DNA of 64,000 nt from the human T2T-CHM13v2.0 reference genome, Homo sapiens, in NCBI RefSeq assembly GCF_009914755.1, contig NC_060932.1; one strand, written 5' to 3'. The notes under the pieces were generated by a model. It was not told the origin of the DNA. It saw nothing but the letters and a program-made list of their open reading frames with translations, and made no database searches. Both the position numbers and the translations under genes were made by a program. How positions within the stretch are numbered: position 1 is the first letter of the stretch; each line of letters begins with the position of its first letter. Below, piece by piece: positions 29,681 to 41,783 of this stretch.

Positions 29681-30434
29681 ATTGCCAGCACAGAAAACCA
29701 TTTCCACTTCTTCATGTTGTACAAGTTCAATGTATCCATTTATAATTTGGAAAAGTTGAATGAGAACCAAGTCCTTTATGTGAACAAAAGATTATAGTCA
29801 AATGAAAATGCTATATCCTGGTGAACATTCTTCATACAGCCTTTCTAGTGCCTTAAATATTATCAATTGAAGTTGTTATTTAAGTAGCAGTCTATTCAGA
29901 CTTCTGGTATGAAGAATTTGCCTTTAATGGAAAATATCTATGTTATCCTAAGTTATGAAACCCAGTGACCCTGGCTTAAGCATTCTCCCCAGAAGCTTCT
30001 ACTGTGTGCTGAGCACAGAATAAAGATATAGATTGAAGCAAATTTATTTCACATATTATAGATTGGAGGCATAGCTATATGTGGAAGCAGGCCATGAAAA
30101 ATGCAACCTCAACTTTCCTTTTGAACCCATAGTAAATTATCTCAGAAACATTGTTGAGTTCCCTGAACTGTAAGGTAAGTAACTTGCCCCATGCTTTAAA
30201 TCTTCTGTAGGGAATAAGTCATGCCTGTGCCTTGTGCTTTAAGCACTGTGCTCCATGGCTTGGAACTGTGAACATTACCTGGCATGCTTGCTTTAGGGAG
30301 GTGAGAATCTGAAGCACAATGTGCTTAGGCTAAATTCTCCAGGAAAAAAAATACTTTGTAGATGAGGAAGGACATTAATCAATCAGCCACAACATCTCAT
30401 TTAAGGATAAACTGTCCTGGAGGTACTGAAACAC

Positions 30435-31690
30435 TTATTCACTCATTCAAACATTTTGACTACTTTCTTTATTCATGTATTCTAGGTCTATTTACTGAGC
30501 ATCTACTTCATCGCAGGCACTGTATGAGGCACTGAGGATGTGGTGGTGAATGCAATGAAGTCGCTCTGCCCATGGAGCTGACTCTTTTGGCCACACCCTG
30601 TATCAGGGATACACAGATGAATTAAATCCAGGCCTTCTCTGTAAGGTGTTCTGGATAAAGAGAGAGAAAGGAAAATGGCAGTAGAATATTGTGTGGGACT
30701 GCTTTGACTTCTGAAGGCCAGGAAGGGTTTCCTGCGGAAATGAGTTTCAAGTTTACTTCTGAAGGGCAAAGAGGAGTCAATCAGTGGTTATTCTAGACAG
30801 AGAGAGTGCAGCTTTTACCAAGGCACACAAAGGTGAGAAGAAGCTGCCGATGGCTGCATGGCCAGACAATAAATCTGGAGAGTAAAGAGACCAGAAGATG
30901 AAAGGCCTTGAAATCATGTTACATAGTTTTATACTTTATCCTGGGACAACTAGATGCTAATGATGGATATTAATCAAGGAGTGACATGAGCATATTTCAA
31001 CTGTAATATAGAGAATAGGTTGAAATGCAGAGAACGGACTGGCAGCAAGCGTATCAATAGGGAGAATGTCACAGGACTAAACAGATGAGTAGTGATGCAG
31101 TCTAAACAAAGACGGTGATCATGGGGATGGAAATAACTGGGAAAGTTTGAAAAATATTATGGAAGTGATTGCCTGATAGTGGGCGATAAGAGGGAGAGTG
31201 GAATAATAGTTGACTCCCAGGTTTCTAGCGTGGGAAACTGCATGGAAGATGATGTCATTCACTAAAAGACAAAGACGGAGGAGCAAATTCAGGATAAGGA
31301 ACTATGATTAGTTTAGTTTTGAACAGATCGAGTTTGTGTTGTCTGTGAGTCAAGTAAGTGGAGATGTTCAGTAGGCTGTAGAATGTGCAGTCTGAAGATC
31401 TGAAAGGAGCTACGGACTGATGTTGTAGATGGCAGATCATGGGGGCAGGATCTTAGAGAACACTAGCATTGAAGGTGTGAGCACAGAAGGAGAAGATGGA
31501 GTAGAGAGGGACAAAGGGCTAGGTGACAAATCAAGGGTAAATGGAGTTACAGAAAAGAATGGTAAAATGGGAGAAGGAGGTCTAAGAAGGATGATGTAAT
31601 CAACATCAAATATTGAGAAAGCTCACCTACAGTAGCTGCTCACAGCACAGTAGATGCTAAAGTTTGTTTATTGGATGTAGTAACAAAAAT
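30435..31690 (-). mobile_element. L2 LINE fragment
   Basis: ATTCACTCATTCA tail, TATTTACTGAGCATCTACT, GGAAGGGTTTCCTG, TGACTCCCAGGTTTCTAGC, AGTTTAGTTTTGAACA motifs. Confidence 0.75.
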
Positions 31691-31702
31691 GATATCTATT
31701 AG

Positions 31703-31810
31703 TAGAGTGACCATCTGTCTGAGTTTGCTTGGAACCTGTTGTTCTAGTATCGTTATTATTAACACCTTGTAGTGCATAAGTTTGGATAATAAGTTAAATC
31801 ATCATCCGTG
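31703..31810. mobile_element. Possible MER94-like hAT MITE
   Basis: AGAGTGACCAT..GTTTGCTTGGAAC..TTATTATTAACACC..TTGGATAATAAGTTA. Confidence 0.4.
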
Positions 31811-33416
31811 TCATTGATCAGTGTGAATAGTTTCAGCAGCATGTCACAGATAGATTGCAATGAGTGTAGGGAAGAACTGGAGAAGGAAGACATTGGGTAA
31901 GGCTGCTTTCTGAAAGGGCTTTTGGAGAAGGAATTTTAACATCAGGTGGGCATTGAGCTAGATAGATTTTGAAACTTCTTACAATTCTGGGAAGAGTTTG
32001 TAATACTATTTTCCTTTACTGTTATGAGTCCTCAAAATTAGTGAGAAGTAAGACTCTTCTGTTTCTTAGAGAACATCACAGAGATAAATGCTATTTTCTT
32101 ACAAGTTATTTTGCAAAGCCGATATTTTATAAATAAAATTATTTTTATTATTCTGTTGTCTTGAAAATGAATACCAGTTACTTTTTTTTATCTCCTCCGT
32201 ATCCAAAGACATATAAAGTAGAAATATGTGAGATGATTGTCTCTCTTAAGAAATTACTGTTAGTCCTAAATTAAGCAGAGCAATCATCATTTAAGTAATT
32301 TTGTATGAGAAAGCATTACCAATAATGATTAGATTGGGAGTAAATATTCTGCCTCTTACTGCAGATAAGATTGACTTAAGAAAGCTAGGAAAAATAAATG
32401 CCTCTAAGTTTATTTATATTTAGTGTGTCTTCTGATTTTGGAAACTTCCAGGTTAGACCAAACAGATGTCTGCAAGAGTTTAAGCATTTACATTTAAAAT
32501 AAGATGGAAACAGTATGGGTGTTCCTCTGTATACCATTTTGGTGGAGAAATCATAAAGGATGTATCTGAGGGGATTAAAATATCATTATCATAAGTAAAA
32601 CAGCATCTTAGGAAAACAGGCAGGTTATATACAATGGAAGGATTTTTAAGCCCATATGGACATTGGGTTGGGTAGGGAGCCAACCAAGAGTCTCAAGTCC
32701 CTCTGCTTTCCTAGTAAAAGAATGGCAAATGCAAATAATAAAGCCATTTGCAAATGTCCCTGTGAGCCTCCTTGCCCATTGTTGAATTTGATTATTGGAG
32801 GTCAAGTTTTCAGCCATAGGCCTGTCCCCACCCCCACTCTTCACACATACTGGTGGAGGACTCCTGTGAGTCATGAACACTGGCGGGGTTAAAATAGGGG
32901 AAGTATTTTATAGTTAAGATGCAAATGGCTGGCTTTAAGAAAGTGGGGGAAGGGTTATTTCTGTGAAAGATACTTCTGTTTGAGAAAAGAGGCCAATGGG
33001 AAGCAAAATTTTACCATAGCTATAATTTCTCTGCCATATCCAGGCCTGTGAGTGGTCCCATAAAGCATGCTGTCACAGAGAAGTATCATTCTCTCCTCTC
33101 ACTGTTTCTTAAGGTAATTAATAAAAGTGCATGCTATTGCTAATCTGATCAAGCACTATTACGTTAACTAGTCAATGGAACTGAAACGTTCCCAAACATA
33201 TTTCAAATATTTGCATGTTAGATTTTCAAGTTGTCTATAATCAACTTTTGCTCAATACTCCATTTTAAGGATAATTTATCATTTGTTCTTTGGACACCTA
33301 ATCTAATCAGACCCACAGCCTAATATACTGTTTTTCTATCTAAGCTCCAATTAATTTGCCCAGACTTTCTTTGTATCATCTCTCTTCTGTTTCTTTTGTG
33401 TGTATTTGTTTTTCAG

Positions 33417-33567
33417 TAAGCAATGGCCTCAGTTTTGCTTCTGTTTTGGATGAACACCACCACATAGGGCCTGAATGTGAAAGAAGACCCTCTATTTGTC
33501 TGTTCCGGGGCAGCCTGGTAGTAAAACACTGTTGAATGGGCCACAGTTTCAGCAGACCATCAGGTGA
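33417..33567 (+). other. CLVS1: CLVS1 exon 2, 5'UTR portion with uORFs
   Basis: Long pyrimidine tract then TTTTTCAG|TAAG acceptor (33416/33417); 151 nt before the CDS ATG; upstream ATGs at 33423, 33450, 33475, 33536. Confidence 0.85.
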
Positions 33568-34022
33568 ATGGGACCAGTCTCTCTTCTTCCAAAATATCAG
33601 AAGTTAAACACTTGGAACGGAGATTTGGCCAAGATGACCCATTTACAGGCTGGACTCAGTCCAGAGACTATAGAGAAAGCTCGCCTGGAACTGAATGAAA
33701 ACCCCGATGTTTTACATCAGGATATTCAGCAAGTCAGGGACATGATCATCACCAGGCCTGACATTGGATTTTTACGTACAGATGATGCCTTCATCCTGAG
33801 ATTTCTCCGAGCCAGGAAGTTTCACCAAGCGGATGCCTTTAGACTCCTGGCTCAGTATTTCCAGTACCGCCAGCTAAACCTGGACATGTTCAAAAACTTC
33901 AAGGCAGATGATCCCGGCATTAAGAGGGCTCTGATCGATGGGTTCCCCGGGGTGCTGGAAAACCGAGACCATTACGGCAGGAAGATTCTTTTGCTGTTTG
34001 CAGCCAATTGGGATCAGAGTAG
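33568..34022 (+). CDS. CLVS1: Clavesin-1 first coding exon (aa 1-152): CRAL-TRIO N-terminal domain and start of the SEC14 lipid-binding domain
   Basis: [44 protein letters not shown]...[14 protein letters not shown]...[16 protein letters not shown] recognised as clavesin-1; [14 protein letters not shown] is the CRAL-TRIO_N signature; donor AG|GTAAAT at 34022/34023, phase 2. Later exons lie outside the window. Confidence 0.97.
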
Positions 34023-34399
34023 GTAAATGTAGATAGTGTCTTTACTTGGTTTTTCTTTGCTATAAGCATTATCACTGCATGTTTGGGGTTGTATGGCTTT
34101 ATATGTAATGGGCTTTCATTAAAAAATATTTCACATGTTCACCAAGGAAGTTTTAGGCCACAGGTGTGCTGTCTTCAAAAGGCAATTCCAGATGGAACAA
34201 TAGAATTGTAACATTAGAGTTGTAAGAGACCTTAGAAGTCATTATTCTTTTCATCAAAGTGGGTCATTCACTTTAGTAAAATTGAAAGTGGATCTTCTAG
34301 AAGAACCATATATTCTGTCTTTGGTGTTCTCATCTTTAATAAGAAAACAAAAATGGAGTTAGTAGATGGCTTAATATCAAGTATTTTCAATGCATAAAA

Positions 34400-35060
34400 T
34401 AATTTCTTGGATCCTCTCCATGACTTGAATTACCTCTATTTCTCCTGAGTGCCAGACATTTCTATCCAAATCCCTGCTAGACATTTCTCCCTGAAAGACC
34501 TATAAGGGACCCAAAACTTGACCTATCCCAAACTGAAAGCATCATCTTTCTCATTCTACCTGCTCTTTCATCCACCTAGTCTCTCAAGCCAGAAATCCAG
34601 GAGCCATCCTTGACTGCCCCTTGCTTTGGTCTTTACATCCAATTAACTTTCAAGTCCTACCACTTTCTTCTTATAAACTTGTGAAATCTCTTCCCTTCTC
34701 TTTGCTTCTATTAGTATTGCCTTAGTTTAGGTTCTCATCATTTCTTCTTTCATTGTTGCAACAGCTTCTTAGCTAGTATCTCTGCCTCTAGTCTTATCTC
34801 TTCTGAGTCATTCTAGGTTACACCGTAGCCAGGGTGACCCTTCCAAAATTCTGTTACATCACTTCCCTGATTAAAGTTCTTCAATGACCTGCAAAGCTAT
34901 CGAAATAAAGTAAGGTTCTTATGATCCGCCTTCTGCATTTCCTGCTCTGCTTCATCTTCTGACCTTCTTCACATCCTCTGGTCCAGCTGGTTGGGACTAT
35001 AAGCCTTGCCTTGAACAGTTAAGCTTTTTAAATACCTCCAACCCTTTGGACTTGACCTGT
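34400..35060 (+). mobile_element. L2 LINE fragment
   Basis: TCTCCTGAGTGCCAGAC, CAAGCCAGAAATCCAGGAGCCATCCTTGACT, AGCCAGGGTGACCCTTCCAAAA motifs. Confidence 0.7.
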
Positions 35061-35269
35061 CAGACACCCAAAGGAGAGACAGCCATCCCCTATCCCAACT
35101 CCAATCATCCAACTCCAACAACAAAATTTGCCTACTGATGCATCTTTATGGTCCTGGAGGAAGGTAGTCTTCTTCTACTTCCCTCCCAACCCTGTTTTCT
35201 CAGGCGCCCCACCTCTGTTTATGTTTCTACTAATGCAGTTACAATGGAAGTGTAACAGCTACCGTTATC

Positions 35270-35500
35270 ATAGCTAACATTTTGAATATTAATGACAAGC
35301 TCTGCTAAGCATAAATATATATTACCTCATTTAACCCACCTGAGAACTTTGCATGGTAGATATTAGTACTATGACCCCTCTTTTACCTTTGATGACATAA
35401 GGCTTTTAGAAGTTAAGGAGCTCACTCATGTTACACAACTAGTGAATACGGAGTGGGAGTTGGGCAATGGTAGTCTGATGTGAGAGCCAGTTGTCTTAAC
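35270..35500 (-). mobile_element. MIR SINE
   Basis: ATAGCTAACATTTTGAAT..CTCATTTAA..GAAGTTAAG..TTACACAACTAGTGAAT. Confidence 0.6.
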
Positions 35501-36434
35501 CCGACTTCATTGTAATTGTGTGTATACTTTGTGTATTCTTACTCCTCCTCCCACGACTGCAGGTTCCTTGAGGGCAGGAGATCATGCCTTTTTCATGTTT
35601 ATGTCTTTGGTGCATGGCGCAATATCCAATGAATGTTGAATGAGAAAGAATAATGAATCAATTTCCAAAACATTACCTATGAATTGAGCTTTCACAGAGA
35701 TATAATCATTAACATTCTTATGTTTCACGGGGAGACATGGGTTTAACCTAAAAATATATCAACCCCCATAACCATTAAAAGGAATTTCTAAAGTGCCTCT
35801 TCACTTCCTCATGTCACTACTCTTCCTCTTCAAGATGATAACAGTGTAGGGCAACTTGGTAATCACTGGCTGTTTTGTGGTTGATAATTTGGGGTGGGGC
35901 TGTCTAATCTTGGAAAGGTATTTGCATATTTCAACACTATCAGTCTAGAATTTGGTCAGGACTCCACCTGGGCCTGGGCTACCTTTCCGTGTTTCTACTC
36001 TGTTATTCTGTAATGATATGGAATAACATATCATATATCATATCATAATTAACATAATTAATGATGAGTCTCTCACTACATTGCTTCACTGATGAGACAG
36101 ATTTTTAGGTCTTATGATTCATTCATCTTTATCATTCACTCAACATTCAGTGAGTATAGACTTTGTGCCAGAGCTTGTCTTAGGGCACTGAGGACAGCGA
36201 TGAGAACATACAATCCCTGCCGGTTAGGACCCCATTGTTCAGCTGGATGCTTAGCAATGGTGCAAACATATAGATGGCTCACTCCAACTGCAATAGAATA
36301 ATTCTTTCTGAGATACACAATTCATTGGTGCAGGACATCAGTGTAAACTAGAGGCAACAGCTGTCCTCCCAAAAATGGCACATTAACATTTTGGATTTTG
36401 AAATAGGAAAGTATTGATAATTCTGGAGAATAAT

Positions 36435-36829
36435 TGTATTAGTCCATTCTTGCATTGCTATAAGGAACTACCTGAGACTGGGTAATTTATGAAGGAAAGA
36501 GGTTTAATTGACTCACAGTTCTGCAGGCTGTATAGAAAGCATTGCGAGGGAGGCCTCAGGAAACTTATAATCATGGCAGAAGGTGAAGGGGAGGCAGGCA
36601 CATCTTCACATAGTGGAGCAGGAGAGAGAGAGTGAGGGAAAGGTGCCACACACTTTTAAACGATCAGATCTCCTGAGAATTCTGTCACCAGACAGCACTA
36701 GGGTGATGGTGCTTAACCTTTAGAAACCACCCCCTTGATCCAATCACCTCCCACCAGGCCCCACCTCCAAGACTGAGGATTGCAACTCAACATGAGATTT
36801 GGTTGGGGACATGGAGCCAAACCATATCA
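36435..36829 (-). mobile_element. MSTA-like MaLR solo LTR
   Basis: TGTATTAGTCCATTCT...CCAAACCATATCA termini, with exact 5-bp TSD ATAAT (36430-36434 / 36830-36834). Confidence 0.92.
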
Positions 36830-37389
36830 ATAATTGTGCTGACTTCATTTATGCTTAGTTGTTTTCAGTGTTCTAGAACTTCCATCTGCTAAGACAGATG
36901 AGGTAGAGAACATCAGTAAATGGGGACACACACATAAAGAAATCAGCCATGGTAAAATATTTTATTTTGTGTTAGGATTTGGTCCATGTATATCCCAAAG
37001 TATGTTGTTAAGAAGAGGAAACAAATCTCTTAGTAAATAATCCAAATGTTTATGATTATGATAACCTCAAACAAATTACTTCACCTCTCTATTTCTCAAT
37101 TCTCTCTTGTGTAAAATAAGAAGTTTGAACTATGTAATTCCTGAGATACCTGCCAGCTCTAATGGCTCATGAATGTGAAGCTTATTCAGCCTGATCCTAT
37201 GGATGGGAAGGGACTTAAAAATTCACTTTATGGTCTCCTAATTCACTAGACTTTTCAAAGTAATCTCTTTTTGCACTCTCCCACTCCACATTTTTCAAAC
37301 TGTGCAATATTATTTGTCCCAGACCATTATGGTTTTAATAAAAAGGTTGTAATGACAAGGCTATTCCATTGGCAGCCAAATATTCGATG

Positions 37390-37620
37390 CAAACAAGCCT
37401 CCGTTTGAATTTAGATATTGTCATGTTGTTTACTGGTTATATAACTTTCGACAAGCAACCTCCCTGAAACTCAGTTTTCTCATCTGTAAGTTGGGAATGA
37501 GAGTGATGTCTATCTAACAGTATGGTTGGGAGGATTGAATGACATAACGCACTGAAAAAACACAGCTTGTTGTTTGATACACGGTAAGCACTCTAGATAT
37601 TAGCTTCTAGTATTATCACT
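37390..37620 (+). mobile_element. MIR SINE
   Basis: CTCAGTTTTCTCATCTGTAAGTTGGGAATGA..GGTTGGGAGGATTGAATGA..GTAAGCACTC. Confidence 0.7.
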
Positions 37621-38944
37621 AATACTATGAAAGATTCTATGTAAAAAGTAATAGAGGACAGATGGTAAAATGAATTGCAACCAGGGGCTGGAGTACAATA
37701 TTTGAAAATTGGAATGGGGCAATGAATGTGAACTACGGCATGCCCATCCTAAGCACCTGTTTGCTTTCTCCCCATATGTGTTTCCTTTCACACAGACCCA
37801 GCCCTGTGGGGCCCAAAAGGCCTGGAAAGGCTGACACAGCTTTGCAAGGAAATGACTTCATTCTCACCAGGGGCCTGAGATGACTGGGAAGTCATTTGAA
37901 TATCTCATGTGAAGGGTTTACTAAGATTAAAATGGTTATGAATATTTATTAAGACAGTGTAAATCTCATTCATCTGGACCCAGACACATGGACAAAAGCT
38001 CAGAACAGTGAGCAATGGGAAACACTATCCCGTGAGGGCTCATGCCAGTCTCTGCCTGCTTGGGTTCAACATGGCAACCGAGGCATAGGCAGTGCCTGGG
38101 CTACCTGAGCATAAACTGGCCTTGCCTGGGCATTGGACCTCAGCAGAGAGCTAACTGACTTCTTCATTTTTTGAGGCTGCCAGGCCGAACCAAAACCAGA
38201 TGGATTCAATCAGCTCGCATGTATTTATACAAAAAATGAACTTGGCCCTCCCAGAGTGAGCAGAGTTTTTATCCCAGCTCCCCAGCTTGGTATGTAACGG
38301 AGACCTAGGGGACACTGCTGGTCGATGAGCCCTCTGATTTTTCCCACCTAAACTCGTATCAGCATTGGCAATAATTCACCATTTGCCCCTTTAAGATCTG
38401 ATGAAAAACAAATTCATTTCTTGCTTCTTTCTAAGCTGCAGGCTTGCACTTGGTCATAAGCCCAGTTTGCCATGAATGCCCCAGTGCTGGAGAAGAAAAA
38501 CTGAGCATAAAGGGACACATCGGTTTTTTTTCTGGATTTCACTCAGTTAAAAGGAAAAAAAGGTTAAAATTGGTCAAGTAATTTTACTTTTTAGGGTCTC
38601 AATTGTATCAAGTGGAAACAGATATCTGGCATATGGGGCTGTTGCAAGAATTAATCACAATTGCCCTTTTTGGTGGTGTCCAAAGGCCAAATAGAAAAGT
38701 GATTAAGTGCACAAACTCTGAACCCCGATGGCCAGCTTCCAATCCTGGCTCCTCCTAACCTGCCATGGGGTCTTGAGCAAGTTGCTTAAATCCTTATTAC
38801 CCTCAGTTTCTCACCTGTACAGTAGGGGTGATGAGGGTCATAGGTGAGTACCAGTTGGTGCTCAGTAAATGGGAATTGTTTCTTAAGAAAAAAAATCAAA
38901 TCAGGCAAATACCTAGGATACTGGGTCAAAAGATGTACTGTCTT

Positions 38945-40548
38945 TTGTAATAATTTGTTATTGAGGTAAAATATATATATATATAATTTAATATCTTTTC
39001 CATTTTTTAGCGTACAGTTCAGTGGCAGTACCTACGTTTATATTCTTTGTTCCCCCTTCATCCTCCCTTCCCACTCCCCTTCCCCTCTCTGATTAACCAC
39101 CAATCTACTCTCTATCTTCATGAGATTCACATTTTTACCTCCTGCATGTGAGTGAGAACATGAAATATTTGTCTTTCTGTGCCTGAATTATTTCACGTAA
39201 CATAATGGCCTTCAGTTCCATCCATGTTGCTGCAAAGGACAGAATTCATTCTTTTTATGGCTGAATAATATTTTGTTGTATGTATATAAACTCTATTTTC
39301 TCTTTTTTAACTTTTAAGTTCAGGTACATGTGCAGGTTTGTTACGTAGGTAAACTTGTGTCATGGGGTTTTTTTTGTACAGATTATTTCATCACCCAGGT
39401 ATTAAGCCTAGTATTCATTAGTTAGTTTTCTTGGCCCTCCCTCCTCCCACTCTCTACCCTCTGAAAGGCCCCAGTGTTTATTGTTCCCCTTTATGTGTCC
39501 ATGTGTTCTCAACATTTAGCTCTCACTTATGAGTGAGGAAATGTGGTATTTGGTTTTTTGTTCTTGTATTAGTTTGCTAAGGATAATGGCTTCCAGCTCC
39601 ATCCATGTCCCTGCAAAGGACATTATCTCACTCTTTTTTGTGGCTGCATAGTATTTCATGGTGTATATCCAGTCTATCAGTGATGGGCATCTAGGTTGAT
39701 TCCATGTCTTTGCTACTGTGAATAGTGCTGCAATGAACATACACGTGCATGTGTCTTTAACAGAATGATTTATATTCCTTCGGGTATATATCCAGTAATA
39801 GGATTACTGGGTCAAGTGGTATTTCTGTCTTCAGGTCTTTGAGGAACTGTGACACTGTTTTCCACAATCTTTGAACTAATTTACAGTTTCACCAACAGTG
39901 TATAAGCATTCTTTTCTTTCCACAACTTCACCATCATCTGTTATTTTTTGACTTTAATAATAGCCATTCTGACTGGTATGAGATGGTACCTCACTGTGGT
40001 TTTGATTTGCATTTCTCTAATGATCAGTGATGTTGAGCCTTTTTTCATACAATTGTTGGCCACATAAATGTCTTCTTTTTAGAGGTGTCTGTTCATGTTC
40101 TTGCCCACTTTTCTGTGGGGTTGTTTGTTTTTTCCTTGTAAATTTGTTTAAGTTCCTTACAGATGATGGATATTAGACCGTTGTGGGATGCATTACATGC
40201 AAGAATTTTCTCTCATTCTGTAGGTTGTCTGTTTACTCTGTTGATAGTTTCTTTTGCTGTATACCACATTGTCTTTACCCATTCATCTGATGATGAGCAC
40301 TCAGGTTAATTCCATATGCTGGCTATTGTTAATAGCATTGCCATAAACATGGGAGTGTAGATTTCTCTTTAATATATTGATCAATTTCTTTTGGCTATAT
40401 ACCCAGTAGTGAAATTACTGGATCATGTGAACATTCTAGTTTGTGTTTGTTGAGGAACCTCCATACTGTTCTCCATAGTAGCTGTTCTAATTTACATCCC
40501 CTCCAACAATGTATGAGGGTTCCCCTTTCTCCATATCTTTGTCAGCAT
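38945..40548 (-). mobile_element. L1MA/MB 3' fragment interrupted by an older-primate L1PA 3' fragment (39296-40258)
   Basis: Old L1 text stops at ...GTATGTATATA (39288) and resumes ATACCACATT (40261); insert has a T-tail then AAGTTCAGGTACATGTGCAGGTTTGTTAC and the ORF2 C-terminus ([16 protein letters not shown]). Confidence 0.8.
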
Positions 40549-41235
40549 CTACAAGATGTACCCTCTAAAGGCTGCAGCATTTGAGGCCATTACCAGGTTT
40601 CCTCCAACTAGAAAAGTATACAAAAATACAGCTGAGAACCCTTAGCGGTATGCACTATGGGTACATAAGTGCAGACGGTCCTCTGCAAAGACCTCTGAGA
40701 TAGTTCAGTTGTGGTTGAGAAGCTCTGAGAAGTCACCTTGTTTTAGTGATCCTACCTATTATGTTTATTATATTCTCAAGATATAAGAAATGAATGGGGG
40801 GTTGTTGGTGAATCCAGATAATAAAAGCCCCAGAATACACTATAATAGTATCCATTAGTGTTGTGTAGACCAGCTATGGTCCCCAAGAACCTTGATGGGG
40901 AAAAAACAGTGGAAATGCATTGCAAGTCATAATATATAAAATTACACTGAAGATTCTTTTGTCAGTGTATTGTTTGTTTCTCATAATTAAAAGCTCAGAA
41001 ATCAGCAACCAGGTTGAAAACTAGATGAAAAATTGGTTCCTTAAGGAAGAAGAGGCACTTTAAGGATGAGTTAAGTTAGGGTAATTTACTAGAGAGGAAA
41101 GAAAGTTGGTAAACAATTTGATTAGAGTCATTGTAAGAAGGCCAAGGATCCAGGAGGTTCTTTCTCCCCAGAATACAGAGCAAGGGCCGAAAGGTTGGAT
41201 TGAAGATGAAGAAGTATGAGGAAGGACCTCAGACT

Positions 41236-41783
41236 CAGGGTTGTAAAGGTGAGGGATAGGGCAAAATTTAAGGGGGCACCAAGAAACTCAGTAATTAAAT
41301 AAATAATATTGTAATAAAATATTTTAAAAACTCACAATGCAAAAAAATTCTTTATGAACAAAATATCCAAATTTTATTTATTTACTTTGTAAAGAAAGCA
41401 TGCTTACATTTGCCTTTTATTGCTAGATTTTTTTTATTTTGATAGATTTAGGGGGTACAAGTGCAGTTTTGTTACATGGTTATATTGTTTAGTAGCAAAT
41501 TCTGGGCTTTCAGTGTAACCACCCCTTGAATGGTGTACATTGCACCCAATAGGTAATTTCTTGCTTCCCCTCCCCCTCCCACACTCCCACCTTATGGAGT
41601 CTCCAATGTCTATTATTCCACATTCCATATCCATGTGTACATATTATTTAGCTCCCATTTATAAGAGAGAACATGTAATATTTGACTTTCTGTTCCTAAA
41701 ATATCAAATTTTTAAAGAAGGCAGGATCAGTATTATTGATTTTCCTTTGGCTTCAGGCTCCAACTTGGCTCAGAGCAGCACTG
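41236..41783 (+). mobile_element. hAT MITE (MER96B-like) interrupted by an L1 insertion
   Basis: CAGGG...CACTG termini, GCAAAATTTAAGGGGGCACCAAGAAACTCAGTAAT, 8-bp TSD CTCAGACT (41228)/CTCAGACC (41784). Family name uncertain. Confidence 0.7.
41376..41697 (-). mobile_element. 5'-truncated L1PB-like 3' end with a probable short 3' transduction
   Basis: GGGGGTACAAGTGCAGTTTTGTTACATGG 3'UTR; TSD AAAATATCCAAATTTT (41360)/AAAATATCAAATTTTT (41698). Confidence 0.8.

Noticed and set aside
7307-33570. ORF0-CLVS1 fusion protein via exon 2
   Set aside because: The 7412 donor is out of frame with the CDS; the 7497 donor is in frame but meets TGA at 33451, and another TGA sits directly before the ATG.
33568-34026. 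A complete standalone 152-aa gene
   Set aside because: The stop lies inside a consensus donor (AG|GTAAAT) and the SEC14 domain is incomplete; this is an exon.
39516-39740. 74-aa ORF
   Set aside because: C-terminal remnant of L1 ORF2.
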